Origin: Actinomycetota bacterium
Lineage (GTDB): Bacteria; Actinomycetota; UBA4738; CALAEC01
Direction of reading: 5' to 3'
DNA length: 45,275 nucleotides
Assembly: GCA_035697085.1 (NCBI GenBank)
Contig: DASSDP010000140.1
Coordinates: forward strand, 1 to 45,275
Part shown: in pieces, positions 1 through 9,288 of the stretch
How positions within the stretch are numbered: the stretch's first letter is position 1
Layout of the letters: each line of letters begins with the position of its first letter
Position numbers and translations under genes: made by a program
Notes under the pieces: generated by a model
Told to the model about the DNA's origin: nothing
Database searches by the model: none
Seen by the model: the letters and a program-made list of their open reading frames with translations, nothing else

Positions 1-483
1 GGCCTCCCCAGCGAACGCCAGCGTCACGGTGTTCTTCGCACCCCGGACGAAGGCACCTCCGAACCCCTCCAACTTCTCGAAGTTCAGGAAGTGGAACGTG
101 AACCGGTCCGGGTTCCCGGCACGGAGCCACAGGAAGACCGCCGCCAGCACCACCGCCTGGATGCCGAGGATGGCGCCAGCAAGCGCCTGCTCCCTGGCCC
201 GCTTCGTGGGCATGCGCTTGTAAATGGAGAACCCCACGCCGATAGCGGCGATGCCCATGGCGATCCCGGTCAGTAGAACAACAGCGGTGGCATCCGACTG
301 GAAGGCCGTCACGATGGCCTCGTACGGGGTGAACCCGTGAGCCGCAACCACGGCCAAGGGACCGAGTATGGCCAGGGCGATCGACGCGCTTCCGACCAGA
401 AGAGTCGCAGCTGATAGCGGCACCTGAAGGCCGTCGCGGATCCAGGCGGTGAATCGCTGGCCGCGGCTCTCTACTACCTCCAT
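1..483 (-). CDS. Polar amino-acid ABC transporter permease, N-terminal part (gene continues beyond window edge)
   Basis: Absent from the ORF track because there is no stop inside the window. Manual reverse translation from ATG 483..481 is open to base 1: MEVVESRGQRFTAWIRDGLQVPLSAATLLVGSASIALAILGPL...FLNFEKLEGFGGAFVRGAKNTVTLAFAGEA. It has several hydrophobic helices, then a stretch resembling the start of the His/Glu/Gln/Arg-type permease core. It lies directly downstream of a family-3 binding-protein gene. Confidence 0.55.
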   Translation of the reverse strand, partial: MEVVESRGQRFTAWIRDGLQVPLSAATLLVGSASIALAILGPLAVVAAHGFTPYEAIVTAFQSDATAVVLLTGIAMGIAAIGVGFSIYKRMPTKRAREQALAGAILGIQAVVLAAVFLWLRAGNPDRFTFHFLNFEKLEGFGGAFVRGAKNTVTLAFAGEA

Positions 484-554
484 GTCCCCACTCCCGGAAC
501 GCGAAAGGGCCCGCGTCTGGACTTCTCGACGCGGGCCCTATCCCCCTCCTGCTC

Positions 555-1409
555 CTACGCCGGCTGGAACTCCGGCGGAACCTCCACGCCGGGGAAGTAC
601 GTCTCGAAGATCGTCACGTACGTGCCGTCGGCGATGATCTCCGCGAGCGCCGCGTTCGCCGCGTCTCGAAGGTCCGGATTGTTTGGCGAGAAGGCGAACC
701 CGTATTTCTCATCCGTGTCGATGGGCTCGACGATCTCAAGACCGGTGAGGTCCTTGATGAGCTCGGCCGAGGAGGGCTCGTCGTTCACCACCGCTACGAC
801 GGCGCCGGCTTCCAGATCCCGGAAAGCATCCGGCGCTGCCTGGAAGGTCTTCAGCTCCACGCCCTGCGGGACCAGGTTGTCCTTGGCGTATTGGGCTCCG
901 GTGGTCCCCTTCTGAACGCCGACGATGTCACCCTCACCCAGATCGGCCTGCGAGGTTATGTCGGGCGTCTCCGCCGTGTTGACCACGAGGGCCTGGCGCG
1001 AGTTGTAGTAGGGGTCCGAGAAGTCCACGACCTCTTCACGCTCCTCGGTGATGGTGGAGGCGGCCGCGACCATGTCGAACTGGTCCGACGCCACCGCGGT
1101 GAAGATCGTGTCGAAGTCCGCACGGACCCACTCCACCGTGAGCCCCAGGCGTTCGGCGATCGCCTCGGAGAGATCGACGTCGAAGCCGACCTCGTCGCCG
1201 CCTTCCACCGATTCGAACGGCGCGAAGTCGAGGCACGACCCCACCTGGAGGACGCCCTCCTTGATCGTTGGGGGTGGCGCCTCTTCCGTCGGTGTCGTCT
1301 CCGTCGGTGTCGTCGGTTGCGATTTCGGCTGTGTGTCCTCGGCACAGGCCGTGGCCACCAGCATCAGGGCGGCAACCAGCCCCAGTGCCCAATAGCGACG
1401 TTTGCTCAC
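555..1409 (-). CDS. Amino-acid ABC transporter substrate-binding lipoprotein (family 3 SBP)
   Basis: 284-aa ORF. Lipoprotein-type signal MSKRRYWALGLVAALMLVATAC, then a Thr/Pro-rich linker. The body is polar amino-acid-binding-protein-like (GFDVDL, DMVAAASTIT, VQKGTTG). The GTG start is preceded by GGAGAGGAGG. Confidence 0.85.
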   Translation of the reverse strand: MSKRRYWALGLVAALMLVATACAEDTQPKSQPTTPTETTPTEEAPPPTIKEGVLQVGSCLDFAPFESVEGGDEVGFDVDLSEAIAERLGLTVEWVRADFDTIFTAVASDQFDMVAAASTITEEREEVVDFSDPYYNSRQALVVNTAETPDITSQADLGEGDIVGVQKGTTGAQYAKDNLVPQGVELKTFQAAPDAFRDLEAGAVVAVVNDEPSSAELIKDLTGLEIVEPIDTDEKYGFAFSPNNPDLRDAANAALAEIIADGTYVTIFETYFPGVEVPPEFQPA

Positions 1410-1451
1410 GGGACCCCTCCTCTCCTAGGTTTCCTCTCTACCGTGGCCGTC

Positions 1452-1480
1452 ACTCTATATACGCTGGCGACGCCCGGCAA
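1452..1480 (-). promoter_or_regulatory. Candidate sigma-70-type promoter for the polar amino-acid transporter genes
   Basis: The minus strand reads TTGCCG - 17 nt - TAGAGT (TANNNT-type -10). It sits about 45 nt upstream of the GTG start at 1409, in the 107-nt gap after the oxidase gene. Confidence 0.3.
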
Positions 1481-1516
1481 CGCTTGGGCAATGCTAGTTG
1501 GAAGGGGCGTCGGGTC

Positions 1517-2563
1517 TCAAACCGCAACTGCAAGGTCGGCCAGACGCTCCCCGATCACGGGAGCGAACTTGAAGCCGTGACCGCTGCACGGCGAGCCGAT
1601 CACGATGGGGCCCCTCCGCTCCAGGATGAAGTCCTCATCCGGAGTGTTCGTGTACAGGCATGTCTCCGTCTTGTGGGGCCGGGGGTCGGCTCGAGGGAGC
1701 CTCCGCGCGACCCAGGCAGAGAGCCGTGCCACCGCCTGCTCGTTCACCGCACCTTCCTCTTCGGGGTGCCGGATCGTCGGCCCGGCGTGGTGCTCGGCCA
1801 CCTTCCAGCTGCCCGGGGGGCTGTGCAGCGCGTAGATGGGCGGATGATCAGACCAATCGATCATGCTCGGCGGTAACGTTCCACCCGGAAGCCGAAAGTA
1901 CGCCACGGTCTCTCGCGACGGCGTCGTGGGGATGTCCATTCCCACCCCTGCAAGGAGCGACCGGGCCCATGCCCCGGCCGTGACGACGGCCACCCTGGCT
2001 CGATACGCCCCGTCGTCGGTATCGATCAACGCGCTGTCGCCAGCAACAGCGAGCGAGGTGACCCTGGTCCGCTCTCGCACCTCGACTCCGTGCCCTTGTG
2101 CTGATGCGACGAACGCCCGGACGGACCCTTCGGCGGCCACGATCCCGGCATCGGGCTGGAACAGCACTGGCTCGGCCGGCGGGATCGACAGGAACGGGAA
2201 TCGACCGCCGACCTCGGCGCCGTCGATGAGCTCACAGGCGGCGCCGAGAGTCTCCAGGGCCCGGCGGTGGGTGTGCAGAGCTTCGCCCAGGTCCAGGCCG
2301 CCGGTGGTAGTGAGCAGGTCGCGTCCCGACTCCCTTTCCAGCTCCCGCCACAGCGGGAGGGCCTCCTTGGCCATCCCCACGTAGATGGGGTCGTGGTACG
2401 AGAATCGGAAGATCCGGGATGTCCCGTGGCTGGAGCCGCGAGTGTGCCCGAGCTCGAATTGCTCCAGCAGAACGACTTCCCGGCCACGCCTGCCGAGGGC
2501 CCGCGCCGTCGCGGCTCCCATCACTCCCCCGCCGATGACGACCACGTCGGTCTCCGCTACCAC
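1517..2563 (-). CDS. FAD-dependent amine oxidase, monomeric sarcosine oxidase / N-methyltryptophan oxidase / pipecolate oxidase family
   Basis: 348 aa. N-terminal dinucleotide fold VVVIGGGVMGAATARAL, followed by GSSHGTSRIFR. The C-terminal GSPCSGHGFKFAPVIGE is typical of the MSOX/SolA family. The gene overlaps the upstream cyclodeaminase-family gene by 7 nt. Confidence 0.8.
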   Translation of the reverse strand: MVAETDVVVIGGGVMGAATARALGRRGREVVLLEQFELGHTRGSSHGTSRIFRFSYHDPIYVGMAKEALPLWRELERESGRDLLTTTGGLDLGEALHTHRRALETLGAACELIDGAEVGGRFPFLSIPPAEPVLFQPDAGIVAAEGSVRAFVASAQGHGVEVRERTRVTSLAVAGDSALIDTDDGAYRARVAVVTAGAWARSLLAGVGMDIPTTPSRETVAYFRLPGGTLPPSMIDWSDHPPIYALHSPPGSWKVAEHHAGPTIRHPEEEGAVNEQAVARLSAWVARRLPRADPRPHKTETCLYTNTPDEDFILERRGPIVIGSPCSGHGFKFAPVIGERLADLAVAV

Positions 2564-3483
2564 TGCCCCCGCTCCAGCACCGCGCCGGCCACGGCCAGGT
2601 CCTCGAATGCGACGCCGACCGACTTGAACACCGTCACGTCATCGCTCGATGTGCGAACCATCGCTCCCCTGACGACCTCGCCGAGATCCGCGGAGATGTC
2701 CGAAGCCGTGATCAACCCCTCGCCGATAGGGATGAGCAGGTCGCCGGCCTCCGCCAGTGCCGCCTCTCGCGTTTCAACCACGATCTTTGCCCGCCCGATG
2801 GTTTCGTCGTCCAGTTCCCGCGTCTCGGGACGATACGCGCCCACCGCATTCACGTGGGCTCCGTCGGAGAGGAGCCTACCGTCGAACACCGGCGAGGGGC
2901 TGGTGGTGCAGGTGCAGACGATGTCGGCCTCGTCCACCACTTCCGGTCCGGCCACGGCCGCGTCCAGGTTCAGCGTCCGGGCCCGCTCGGCCAGGCGTTC
3001 AGCGGATTCCAGAGACCGTGACACGACTCGAACACGCTCGATCGGGCGCACGGCCACCATGGCGTCCAGATGAGCGTTGGCCTGGACCCCCGCGCCGAAG
3101 ATCACCAGTCGCGCGGACTCGGGCCGAGCCAGGTGCCGTGTGGCCACCGCCGAGACCGCGGACGTGCGCAACGCCGTCAGGGCGCTTCCCTCAAGGGTGA
3201 GCCGGGGCTCCAGGCTCTCGGGCGAGAACAGCACATAGACGGAGTGAAGGAACGGCAGCCCCCGTCCGGGATTCTCCGGGGCAACCGTCACCAGCTTCAC
3301 GCCCACACCCTGTTCTCCACTTGCGGGCATGAGGAGGAGCTCCCCTCCGGGGACCTCGACGTGGTTCCTCAGCGGTGTCTCAGCGCGGGCAGCCGACTCA
3401 AAGGCTCGTTCCAGCACGTCGATCGCTTGGGAAACCGGGAGGATCCGTTCGAGCTCCCGCCCGCCGATGTGCGGGAGCGTCAT
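2557..3483 (-). CDS. Ornithine cyclodeaminase / mu-crystallin family protein
   Basis: 308 aa. Family-typical layout with an NAD fold LVIFGAGVQANAHLDAM. Overall similarity by eye to OCD, lysine cyclodeaminase and ketimine reductase proteins. The start overlaps the livF stop (ATGA). Confidence 0.8.
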   Translation of the reverse strand: MTLPHIGGRELERILPVSQAIDVLERAFESAARAETPLRNHVEVPGGELLLMPASGEQGVGVKLVTVAPENPGRGLPFLHSVYVLFSPESLEPRLTLEGSALTALRTSAVSAVATRHLARPESARLVIFGAGVQANAHLDAMVAVRPIERVRVVSRSLESAERLAERARTLNLDAAVAGPEVVDEADIVCTCTTSPSPVFDGRLLSDGAHVNAVGAYRPETRELDDETIGRAKIVVETREAALAEAGDLLIPIGEGLITASDISADLGEVVRGAMVRTSSDDVTVFKSVGVAFEDLAVAGAVLERGQW

Positions 3484-4220
3484 TCGAGGACGCCGAGATA
3501 CGCCTCCTGCATCAGGGGGTTGTCTCGAAGTGCCTGGGCGGTATCGGAAAGAACGATCCGCCCCGTCTGGATCGCGTAGCCGCGGTGGGCCACTGAGAGG
3601 GCCATGTTGGCGTTCTGCTCGACGAGGAAGATCGTGGTTCCCTGCTGGTTGATCTCCTTGATGGTCTCGAAGACCTGTTCCACCAGGATCGGTGCGAGTC
3701 CCATCGAGGGCTCGTCCATGAGGAGGACCTTCGGCTTGGCGGTGAGGGCCCGGCCGATCGCCAGCATCTGCTGCTCGCCTCCGGAGAGCGTGCCCGCCTT
3801 CTGGCTGAGGCGCTCCTCCAGCCGGGGGAAGAGCTTCAACACGCGCTGGATGTCCTCCTGGATACCCTCCTTGTCGTCTCTGAGGTTCGCCCCGATCTCC
3901 AGGTTCTCCCGGACAGTCATCTTGGCGAAGAGACGCCGGTTCTCGGGAACCATCGTGATTCCCTTGGCCACGACCTCGGTCGTGTTCAAACCGTCGATCC
4001 GCTCGCCGTCGAGGACGATCTCCCCCGCGCTCGGCTTGGTCATCCCGAGGATCGTACGAAGCGTTGTCGTCTTGCCCGCTGCGTTCGAGCCGAGCATGCA
4101 GACGATCTCCCCGGAACGGATGTCGATCGAGACTCCTTCCAGGACGCGCACCGGACCGTAGCTTGTGAACACGTCCTTCAGGGAAAGGATCGACCGGTCG
4201 TCGGTCTTCGTGTCCATCAT
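3480..4220 (-). CDS. livF: Branched-chain/HAAT-family amino-acid ABC transporter ATP-binding protein LivF
   Basis: 246 aa. Walker A GSNAAGKTT, signature LSGGEQQML, Walker B LLMDEPS. 4-nt overlaps with both neighbouring genes. Confidence 0.9.
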   Translation of the reverse strand: MMDTKTDDRSILSLKDVFTSYGPVRVLEGVSIDIRSGEIVCMLGSNAAGKTTTLRTILGMTKPSAGEIVLDGERIDGLNTTEVVAKGITMVPENRRLFAKMTVRENLEIGANLRDDKEGIQEDIQRVLKLFPRLEERLSQKAGTLSGGEQQMLAIGRALTAKPKVLLMDEPSMGLAPILVEQVFETIKEINQQGTTIFLVEQNANMALSVAHRGYAIQTGRIVLSDTAQALRDNPLMQEAYLGVLE

Positions 4221-4993
4221 TTCTGCTTCCCCAGGTAGGCCTCGATCACTCGCTCGTTGCTGGAGACCTCTTCGTAGGTCCCCTCCGCGATCTTGCGACC
4301 GTAGTCCAGCGCTACCACGCGCTCCGAGATGCCGCTGACCACTGCCATGTCGTGCTCGATGAGCACGATCGAGTATCCACGTTCGTCCCGGAGGCGAGCG
4401 ATGAGCTGGATCAGGTCCTTCTTCTCCTGGGGGTTCATGCCGGCCGCAGGCTCGTCCAGGAGCAGCAGCTTCGGCTCCGTGGCCATGGCCCGGGCGATCT
4501 CGAGCCGTCGCCGGTCGGCGTAGGCGAGCTCCGACGCGAGTTGGTCCTCTCGGAAACCCACGAGGCGGTCTCCGAAGAACGCCAGCATCTCCCGCGCTTG
4601 TGCCTGGATGTGCTCCTCCTCCCGGCGGGTGGGACCGAGGGCGAGGACCGCGCCGAGCACCCCGGATCGGGTCCGGGCGTGCTGTCCCACCATGGCGTTC
4701 TCCAGCACGGTCATGGCGGGGAACAGCCGGACAGCCTGGAATGTTCGGGCGATACCCAGCCTGGTGATCTGGTTTGGCTTCAATCCGTTGAGACTGTGCC
4801 CATCGAAGCGCATCGTGCCCTCATCGGATGGGTAGAACCCCGTGACCACGTTGAACAGGGTGGTCTTTCCCGCGCCGTTCGGCCCGATCACGCCCACGAT
4901 CTCGCCCTGGTCTGCGCGGAAGTCGACGCCGTCCACTGCCCGGACGCCTCCGAACCGCTTGGACAGGCCGGTGACCTCGAGCAGGGGGCTCAC
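4217..4993 (-). CDS. livG: HAAT-family ABC transporter ATP-binding protein LivG
   Basis: 258 aa. Walker A GPNGAGKTT, Walker B LLLDEPAAGMNP, LivG-type N-terminus MSPLLEVTGLSKRFGG. Confidence 0.9.
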   Translation of the reverse strand: MSPLLEVTGLSKRFGGVRAVDGVDFRADQGEIVGVIGPNGAGKTTLFNVVTGFYPSDEGTMRFDGHSLNGLKPNQITRLGIARTFQAVRLFPAMTVLENAMVGQHARTRSGVLGAVLALGPTRREEEHIQAQAREMLAFFGDRLVGFREDQLASELAYADRRRLEIARAMATEPKLLLLDEPAAGMNPQEKKDLIQLIARLRDERGYSIVLIEHDMAVVSGISERVVALDYGRKIAEGTYEEVSSNERVIEAYLGKQK

Positions 4994-6801
4994 TTCTCGT
5001 CACTCCCGCCCGCGGTGACCACCGGGGCCGCGGTGTCTTCGCCGGCGCGTTTAGCGAACTGGGCCTCCTCCTCGTCGACCTCGTGGAGCTCGCGGACGCG
5101 GCGCTTGTTCGGGACGAGACCCTCGGGCTTGTAGATCATGATGGCCACCAGGATGGCCCCGTAGAACAGCAGCCGGTATTCGGCGAACTCTCTGAGGAGC
5201 TCCGGGAGACCGACGAGCACAATGGAGCCGACGATCACTCCGGGGATGCTTCCCATCCCCCCCAGGATGATCACGGCGAGGACGTTGATCGAGACGATGA
5301 GCTTGAAGCTGTTGGGGAAGACCGAGCCGATCTTCACAGCGAAGAACGCGCCGCCCAGCGAGGCGATCCCGGCTCCGATGGCGAAGGCCAGGAGCTTGTA
5401 CTTGATCACGCTGATCCCCATGGCCTCGGCCACGGACTCGTCCTCCCGCATGGCGGCCCACGCCCGCCCGACGCGAGAATCCACGAGACGGTAGGAGATG
5501 AACGCAGCGAGAAGCACCGCGGCGAGGATCAGGAAGTACAGGTTGGCAGGTTTTCGAAGCTCCAGCGTTGCCGGTGGTATGTCATCGGGAGCGATGATGC
5601 CCTGGGCCCCTCCGAGCCACGGTCGCAACCAGTCGGATGCCACCAGCACCCGGATGATCTCACCGAACCCGAGCGTCACGATGGCCAGGTAGTCCCCCCG
5701 CAGTCGGAGCACCGGGGCACCGATCAAGACCCCGATGATCACGGCGAGGATGACCACGATCGGCAACGCCACCCAGAAGTTCGTGAATCCCTTGTCGCCA
5801 AGATCCAGTTGGGCCACACTGACGCCCGACTCCGACACGAGGAACGAGGAACGGAAGGTCAGAATCGCCGTGACATACGCCCCCACGGCGAAGAAGGCCA
5901 CATAGCCCAGGTCCAACAGGCCCGCGTATCCGACCACGATGTTCAGTCCGAGACCGAGAAGGACGTAGATCCCGATCGTGGTGAGCACCTCGCTCACGCG
6001 GAGGCCGGCCAAGGAAGGAAGGAAGAGCAGGAACAGGATGAACAGCGCGATGGTGCTCCACCGGAGCACGGATCGCTGTTGGGTCGGAAGCTGCCGGACC
6101 CGTTCTCTGACGAGGTCGCCCCTTCGTGTCCACGCTGTCAATAACCCGGCGACAACGACGAACACGATGATCGCTCCGGTGACGGTCAGCCCCCGGGATT
6201 GGTAGAGCCACGCTGTGTCCACCCCCAGGCCCTCGATGATCACCCGGAGCAAGGGTTCCATCAGGCTCACCAGCAGTGTGGCCACGAACCCGACCATGAG
6301 CGGCCGGCGATTGTTGCGATCCAGAAGGTGGACGGAGGCAGCGACCGCCCCCAGAGCCGCACCGAGGCCGATCAGCAACGCCGAACCGGCGCCCAAGCCT
6401 CGACCGAACAGCAGGATGTCGTCAAGCAGCACGGCCCTGATCTCCGGCGTGATCTCCGTAACGATCAGCCCTCCTTCGATGAGGGCCTTCATCGCCGCGA
6501 CGAATAACGCGACCACGGCGCCTGCGACCCCCCCAGTCAGGACTCCGAGACCGATGCGCCTCGCCGGGTCGGGCTGCTGTTCGGATGTGCCTCGCGCCGC
6601 CCGGTACGCCGCCGCGAGGATGACCAGAAGAAGGAACGTGTAGCTGAGCTGAAGGATCCCTTCTCCGTCCGCGGTTGTGAGCACGTTTCGAGTGTGGAAC
6701 CGGAGGATGTTCCCCGTGGCAGCGAGATAGATCCCCACCACGCCGGCGATGACGCCAATGATCACGGCCCGCCGCGTCGGGGTTCGGACCTTCTCGGCCA
6801 C
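4990..6801 (-). CDS. livM: HAAT-family ABC transporter permease LivM with long extra N-terminal membrane region
   Basis: 603 aa. The C-terminal ~350 aa are LivM-like (LGLNIVVGYAGLLDLGYVAFFAVGAY...). The first ~240 aa form an additional hydrophobic multi-helix region. Confidence 0.85.
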   Translation of the reverse strand: MAEKVRTPTRRAVIIGVIAGVVGIYLAATGNILRFHTRNVLTTADGEGILQLSYTFLLLVILAAAYRAARGTSEQQPDPARRIGLGVLTGGVAGAVVALFVAAMKALIEGGLIVTEITPEIRAVLLDDILLFGRGLGAGSALLIGLGAALGAVAASVHLLDRNNRRPLMVGFVATLLVSLMEPLLRVIIEGLGVDTAWLYQSRGLTVTGAIIVFVVVAGLLTAWTRRGDLVRERVRQLPTQQRSVLRWSTIALFILFLLFLPSLAGLRVSEVLTTIGIYVLLGLGLNIVVGYAGLLDLGYVAFFAVGAYVTAILTFRSSFLVSESGVSVAQLDLGDKGFTNFWVALPIVVILAVIIGVLIGAPVLRLRGDYLAIVTLGFGEIIRVLVASDWLRPWLGGAQGIIAPDDIPPATLELRKPANLYFLILAAVLLAAFISYRLVDSRVGRAWAAMREDESVAEAMGISVIKYKLLAFAIGAGIASLGGAFFAVKIGSVFPNSFKLIVSINVLAVIILGGMGSIPGVIVGSIVLVGLPELLREFAEYRLLFYGAILVAIMIYKPEGLVPNKRRVRELHEVDEEEAQFAKRAGEDTAAPVVTAGGSDEK

Positions 6802-6802
6802 C

Positions 6803-7921
6803 TCAGGCTCTCTTCTCTTCCGGAGCCCCGAGGATCCCGCCCGGCCGGAATATCAATACCAGCACCAGGATGCCGAAGGCCACCACCGGCTGGAGCTGGT
6901 TCGGCGAGTCGATACCCGCCCCGGTGAGGAACAGGATAGGCCCCACGGCCTCGAAGACCCCTAAGAGCACACCACCGATCGCGGCTCCGGCGATGCTTCC
7001 GATCCCACCGAGCACGGCTGCGGTGAACGCCTTGATCCCCGCGAAGAACCCCATGGTGAAGATGACCTGGTTGAACAGGAACACGTACAGGATCCCGGCC
7101 GCACCGGCAAGGAGGCCTCCGATGGCGAACGTGGTCACGATGGTCCGATCCACGTTGATCCCCATCAAGCTGGCGATCTCCTTGTCCTCCCCCACCGCTC
7201 GCATCGAACGCCCGGTCCTGGTGCGGGCGATGAAAAGATAGAGCCCGATCATGAGGGCGAGCGCTCCGAGGATCACCACCACCTGAGCCCTGGCCACGGC
7301 CGCCCCAAACATGGTCCAACTCCCCTCCATGATGTTGATCCTGGGGTACGCACGGGCCTGGGCGCTGTACAGTCCTCGGAACGTGTACTGGAGGAACAGC
7401 GAGGCCCCGATCGCCGTGATCAAGGGAACGAGGCGGGGAGCGCCCCGCAGGGGACGGTAGGCCACGCGCTCGAGGAGGAGGGCCACGGTCATCGAGGTGA
7501 CCATGGATACCAGGAAGAGGATGCCGATCGACAGGATCGGATTGGAGTTCAGGACGCCGTGCTCCTCCAGGGCGAAGGCTGCGAAGAGCGCCGTGAATGC
7601 CCCGGCCATGAACACCTCGCCGTGGGCGAAGTTGATCATGAACAGGATGCCGTACACGAGGGTGTAGCCCATAGCGATCAGGGCATAGACGCTTCCCCGG
7701 GCTACCCCGTTGATGACGAGGTCGATCCAGTTCGCGCCGGTGAACCGGCCGGTTCGAAGCGTGGACGCCGTTCCGATCACGACCCCCAGGACGATGGCGA
7801 TCGAGAGGATCACCAGGATCGTGCCCCTGACAGGGATGCGCTCGGGAAGCGCAAGGCGACGACGCCTCGGCGCCGAAGGCGGAGGCGGGGGCGCTTCCCT
7901 CTCAGCCGTCTGTTCTGCCAT
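6803..7921 (-). CDS. livH: HAAT-family ABC transporter permease LivH
   Basis: 372 aa. LivH-like core (YALIAMGYTLVYGILFMINFAHGE). It has a Pro/Arg-rich N-terminal extension plus an extra helix. Confidence 0.85.
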   Translation of the reverse strand: MAEQTAEREAPPPPPSAPRRRRLALPERIPVRGTILVILSIAIVLGVVIGTASTLRTGRFTGANWIDLVINGVARGSVYALIAMGYTLVYGILFMINFAHGEVFMAGAFTALFAAFALEEHGVLNSNPILSIGILFLVSMVTSMTVALLLERVAYRPLRGAPRLVPLITAIGASLFLQYTFRGLYSAQARAYPRINIMEGSWTMFGAAVARAQVVVILGALALMIGLYLFIARTRTGRSMRAVGEDKEIASLMGINVDRTIVTTFAIGGLLAGAAGILYVFLFNQVIFTMGFFAGIKAFTAAVLGGIGSIAGAAIGGVLLGVFEAVGPILFLTGAGIDSPNQLQPVVAFGILVLVLIFRPGGILGAPEEKRA

Positions 7922-7941
7922 TCCTGATCCGAATCGTAGGG

Positions 7942-7970
7942 CTATGGGTGGGCCGTCGGCCCACCCATAG
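7942..7970 (-). promoter_or_regulatory. Perfect 13-bp inverted repeat (3-nt centre) between the binding-protein gene and livH
   Basis: CTATGGGTGGGCC-gtc-GGCCCACCCATAG, read directly. It lies 29 nt after the binding-protein stop and 21 nt before the livH start. No U-tract follows. Confidence 0.45.
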
Positions 7971-7998
7971 CGAACCTACCTAGCTCAGATCCCTCTGC

Positions 7999-9288
7999 CT
8001 AACCTTCGAGACAGAGCTCCTCGGTGTAGATCGGGTCACCGAAGTCGCCGCCAGCCACCTGGTGGACAGACATCGTGGCGCACGGCAGGCAGTCACCGTT
8101 CTCGTTGCAGGTGAAGTTGCCGACGATTCCCGGAGAATCCGTCACTGAGAACAGTGCGTCCTTCAGCGCCGTCCGAGGGATCTTGAACGTGCCACCATCG
8201 TCGAATCCAACCGACTCGATCGCGTCCGCTATGAGGTTCATGGCGTCGAACGAGTGCGCGTGGAACACCGACTGGGGCTCCTCTCCGAACGCCTCCTGGT
8301 ACGCGGGGAGGAACTCGTTCTCGTAGAACTCGGGGTCCGCAAGCGCGGTGAGGTCCGGTCCCGAGATGTACACGCCCTCGGCGTTGTCCGCTCCGGCCGC
8401 CTCGATCCAGTCCGGAGTGAACATGCCGTCAGATCCGGCCAGATCGGTGTCGGATAGACCCCCAACAGTCCGGGCCTGGGCGGTGATGAGGCCACCCTCC
8501 GCCACGAAGATCGGGTAGTACAGCCCGTCGATCTGGTCGGCGGCGAGGTCCGTCAGCAGGGGCTTGAAGTCGGTGTCACCGACCTGCACGGCCTCCTGCC
8601 TGGCGATGGTGCCGCCGAGGCCGCTGAACGTGTCCGCGAACACCTGCTGCAGACCGTCAGCGTATGGGCTCCCGTCGTGGATGGTGGATGCCGTCTGCCA
8701 TCCAGCCTCGTTGAACGCGAAGTTCGCCACGGCCGCGCCCTGGATCGAGTCGTTGTGCGCGGTCCGCAGGTAGAACGGCTGGTGCGTCGCTGGGTCGGTC
8801 AGCGCCGGCCCAGTGTTCGACGGCGAGATGATCACGATCCCCGCGTCACTGAGGATGGTGTCGGCCACTCCCAGCGCGGCGCTGGAGCAGCTCGTCCCGA
8901 TGACCGCCACGATCTGCGGCTCGGCAGCGAGTGCCGTGGCGCCCGCCTGTCCACCCTCGGCAGAGCAGCCGTCGTCCTGGTGGTTGAACTCCACCGGATG
9001 GCCGGCGATCTCACCGGGGGTGTCGCGGAAGTCCATGGCCAGGACGGCGCCGTTCTGGCTGTCCTGCCCCAGGCTGGCGTTCTCGCCAGAGATCACGAGC
9101 AGGGTGCCGATCTGGATCGGGTCGCCCTCGGCGATCTCCACGCAGCCGAACTCGTCGGCGCCGCACAGATCCTTTCCTGGGGGGGCCGTTCCGTCGCCGC
9201 CCTTGGGCGTGTCCTCGCCCGCGCACGCTGCCGCAATCAGCGACAACGCCGCGAACATAGTGAGCAAAGCAAACTTATGTTTCTTCAT
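7999..9288 (-). CDS. Liv-type (type 1 periplasmic binding fold) amino-acid ABC transporter substrate-binding lipoprotein
   Basis: 429 aa. Signal/lipobox MKKHKFALLTMFAALSLIAAAC. Leu/Ile/Val-binding-protein-like body. The start is preceded by AAGGAGGAG. It is the first gene of the liv-type operon. Confidence 0.85.
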   Translation of the reverse strand: MKKHKFALLTMFAALSLIAAACAGEDTPKGGDGTAPPGKDLCGADEFGCVEIAEGDPIQIGTLLVISGENASLGQDSQNGAVLAMDFRDTPGEIAGHPVEFNHQDDGCSAEGGQAGATALAAEPQIVAVIGTSCSSAALGVADTILSDAGIVIISPSNTGPALTDPATHQPFYLRTAHNDSIQGAAVANFAFNEAGWQTASTIHDGSPYADGLQQVFADTFSGLGGTIARQEAVQVGDTDFKPLLTDLAADQIDGLYYPIFVAEGGLITAQARTVGGLSDTDLAGSDGMFTPDWIEAAGADNAEGVYISGPDLTALADPEFYENEFLPAYQEAFGEEPQSVFHAHSFDAMNLIADAIESVGFDDGGTFKIPRTALKDALFSVTDSPGIVGNFTCNENGDCLPCATMSVHQVAGGDFGDPIYTEELCLEG

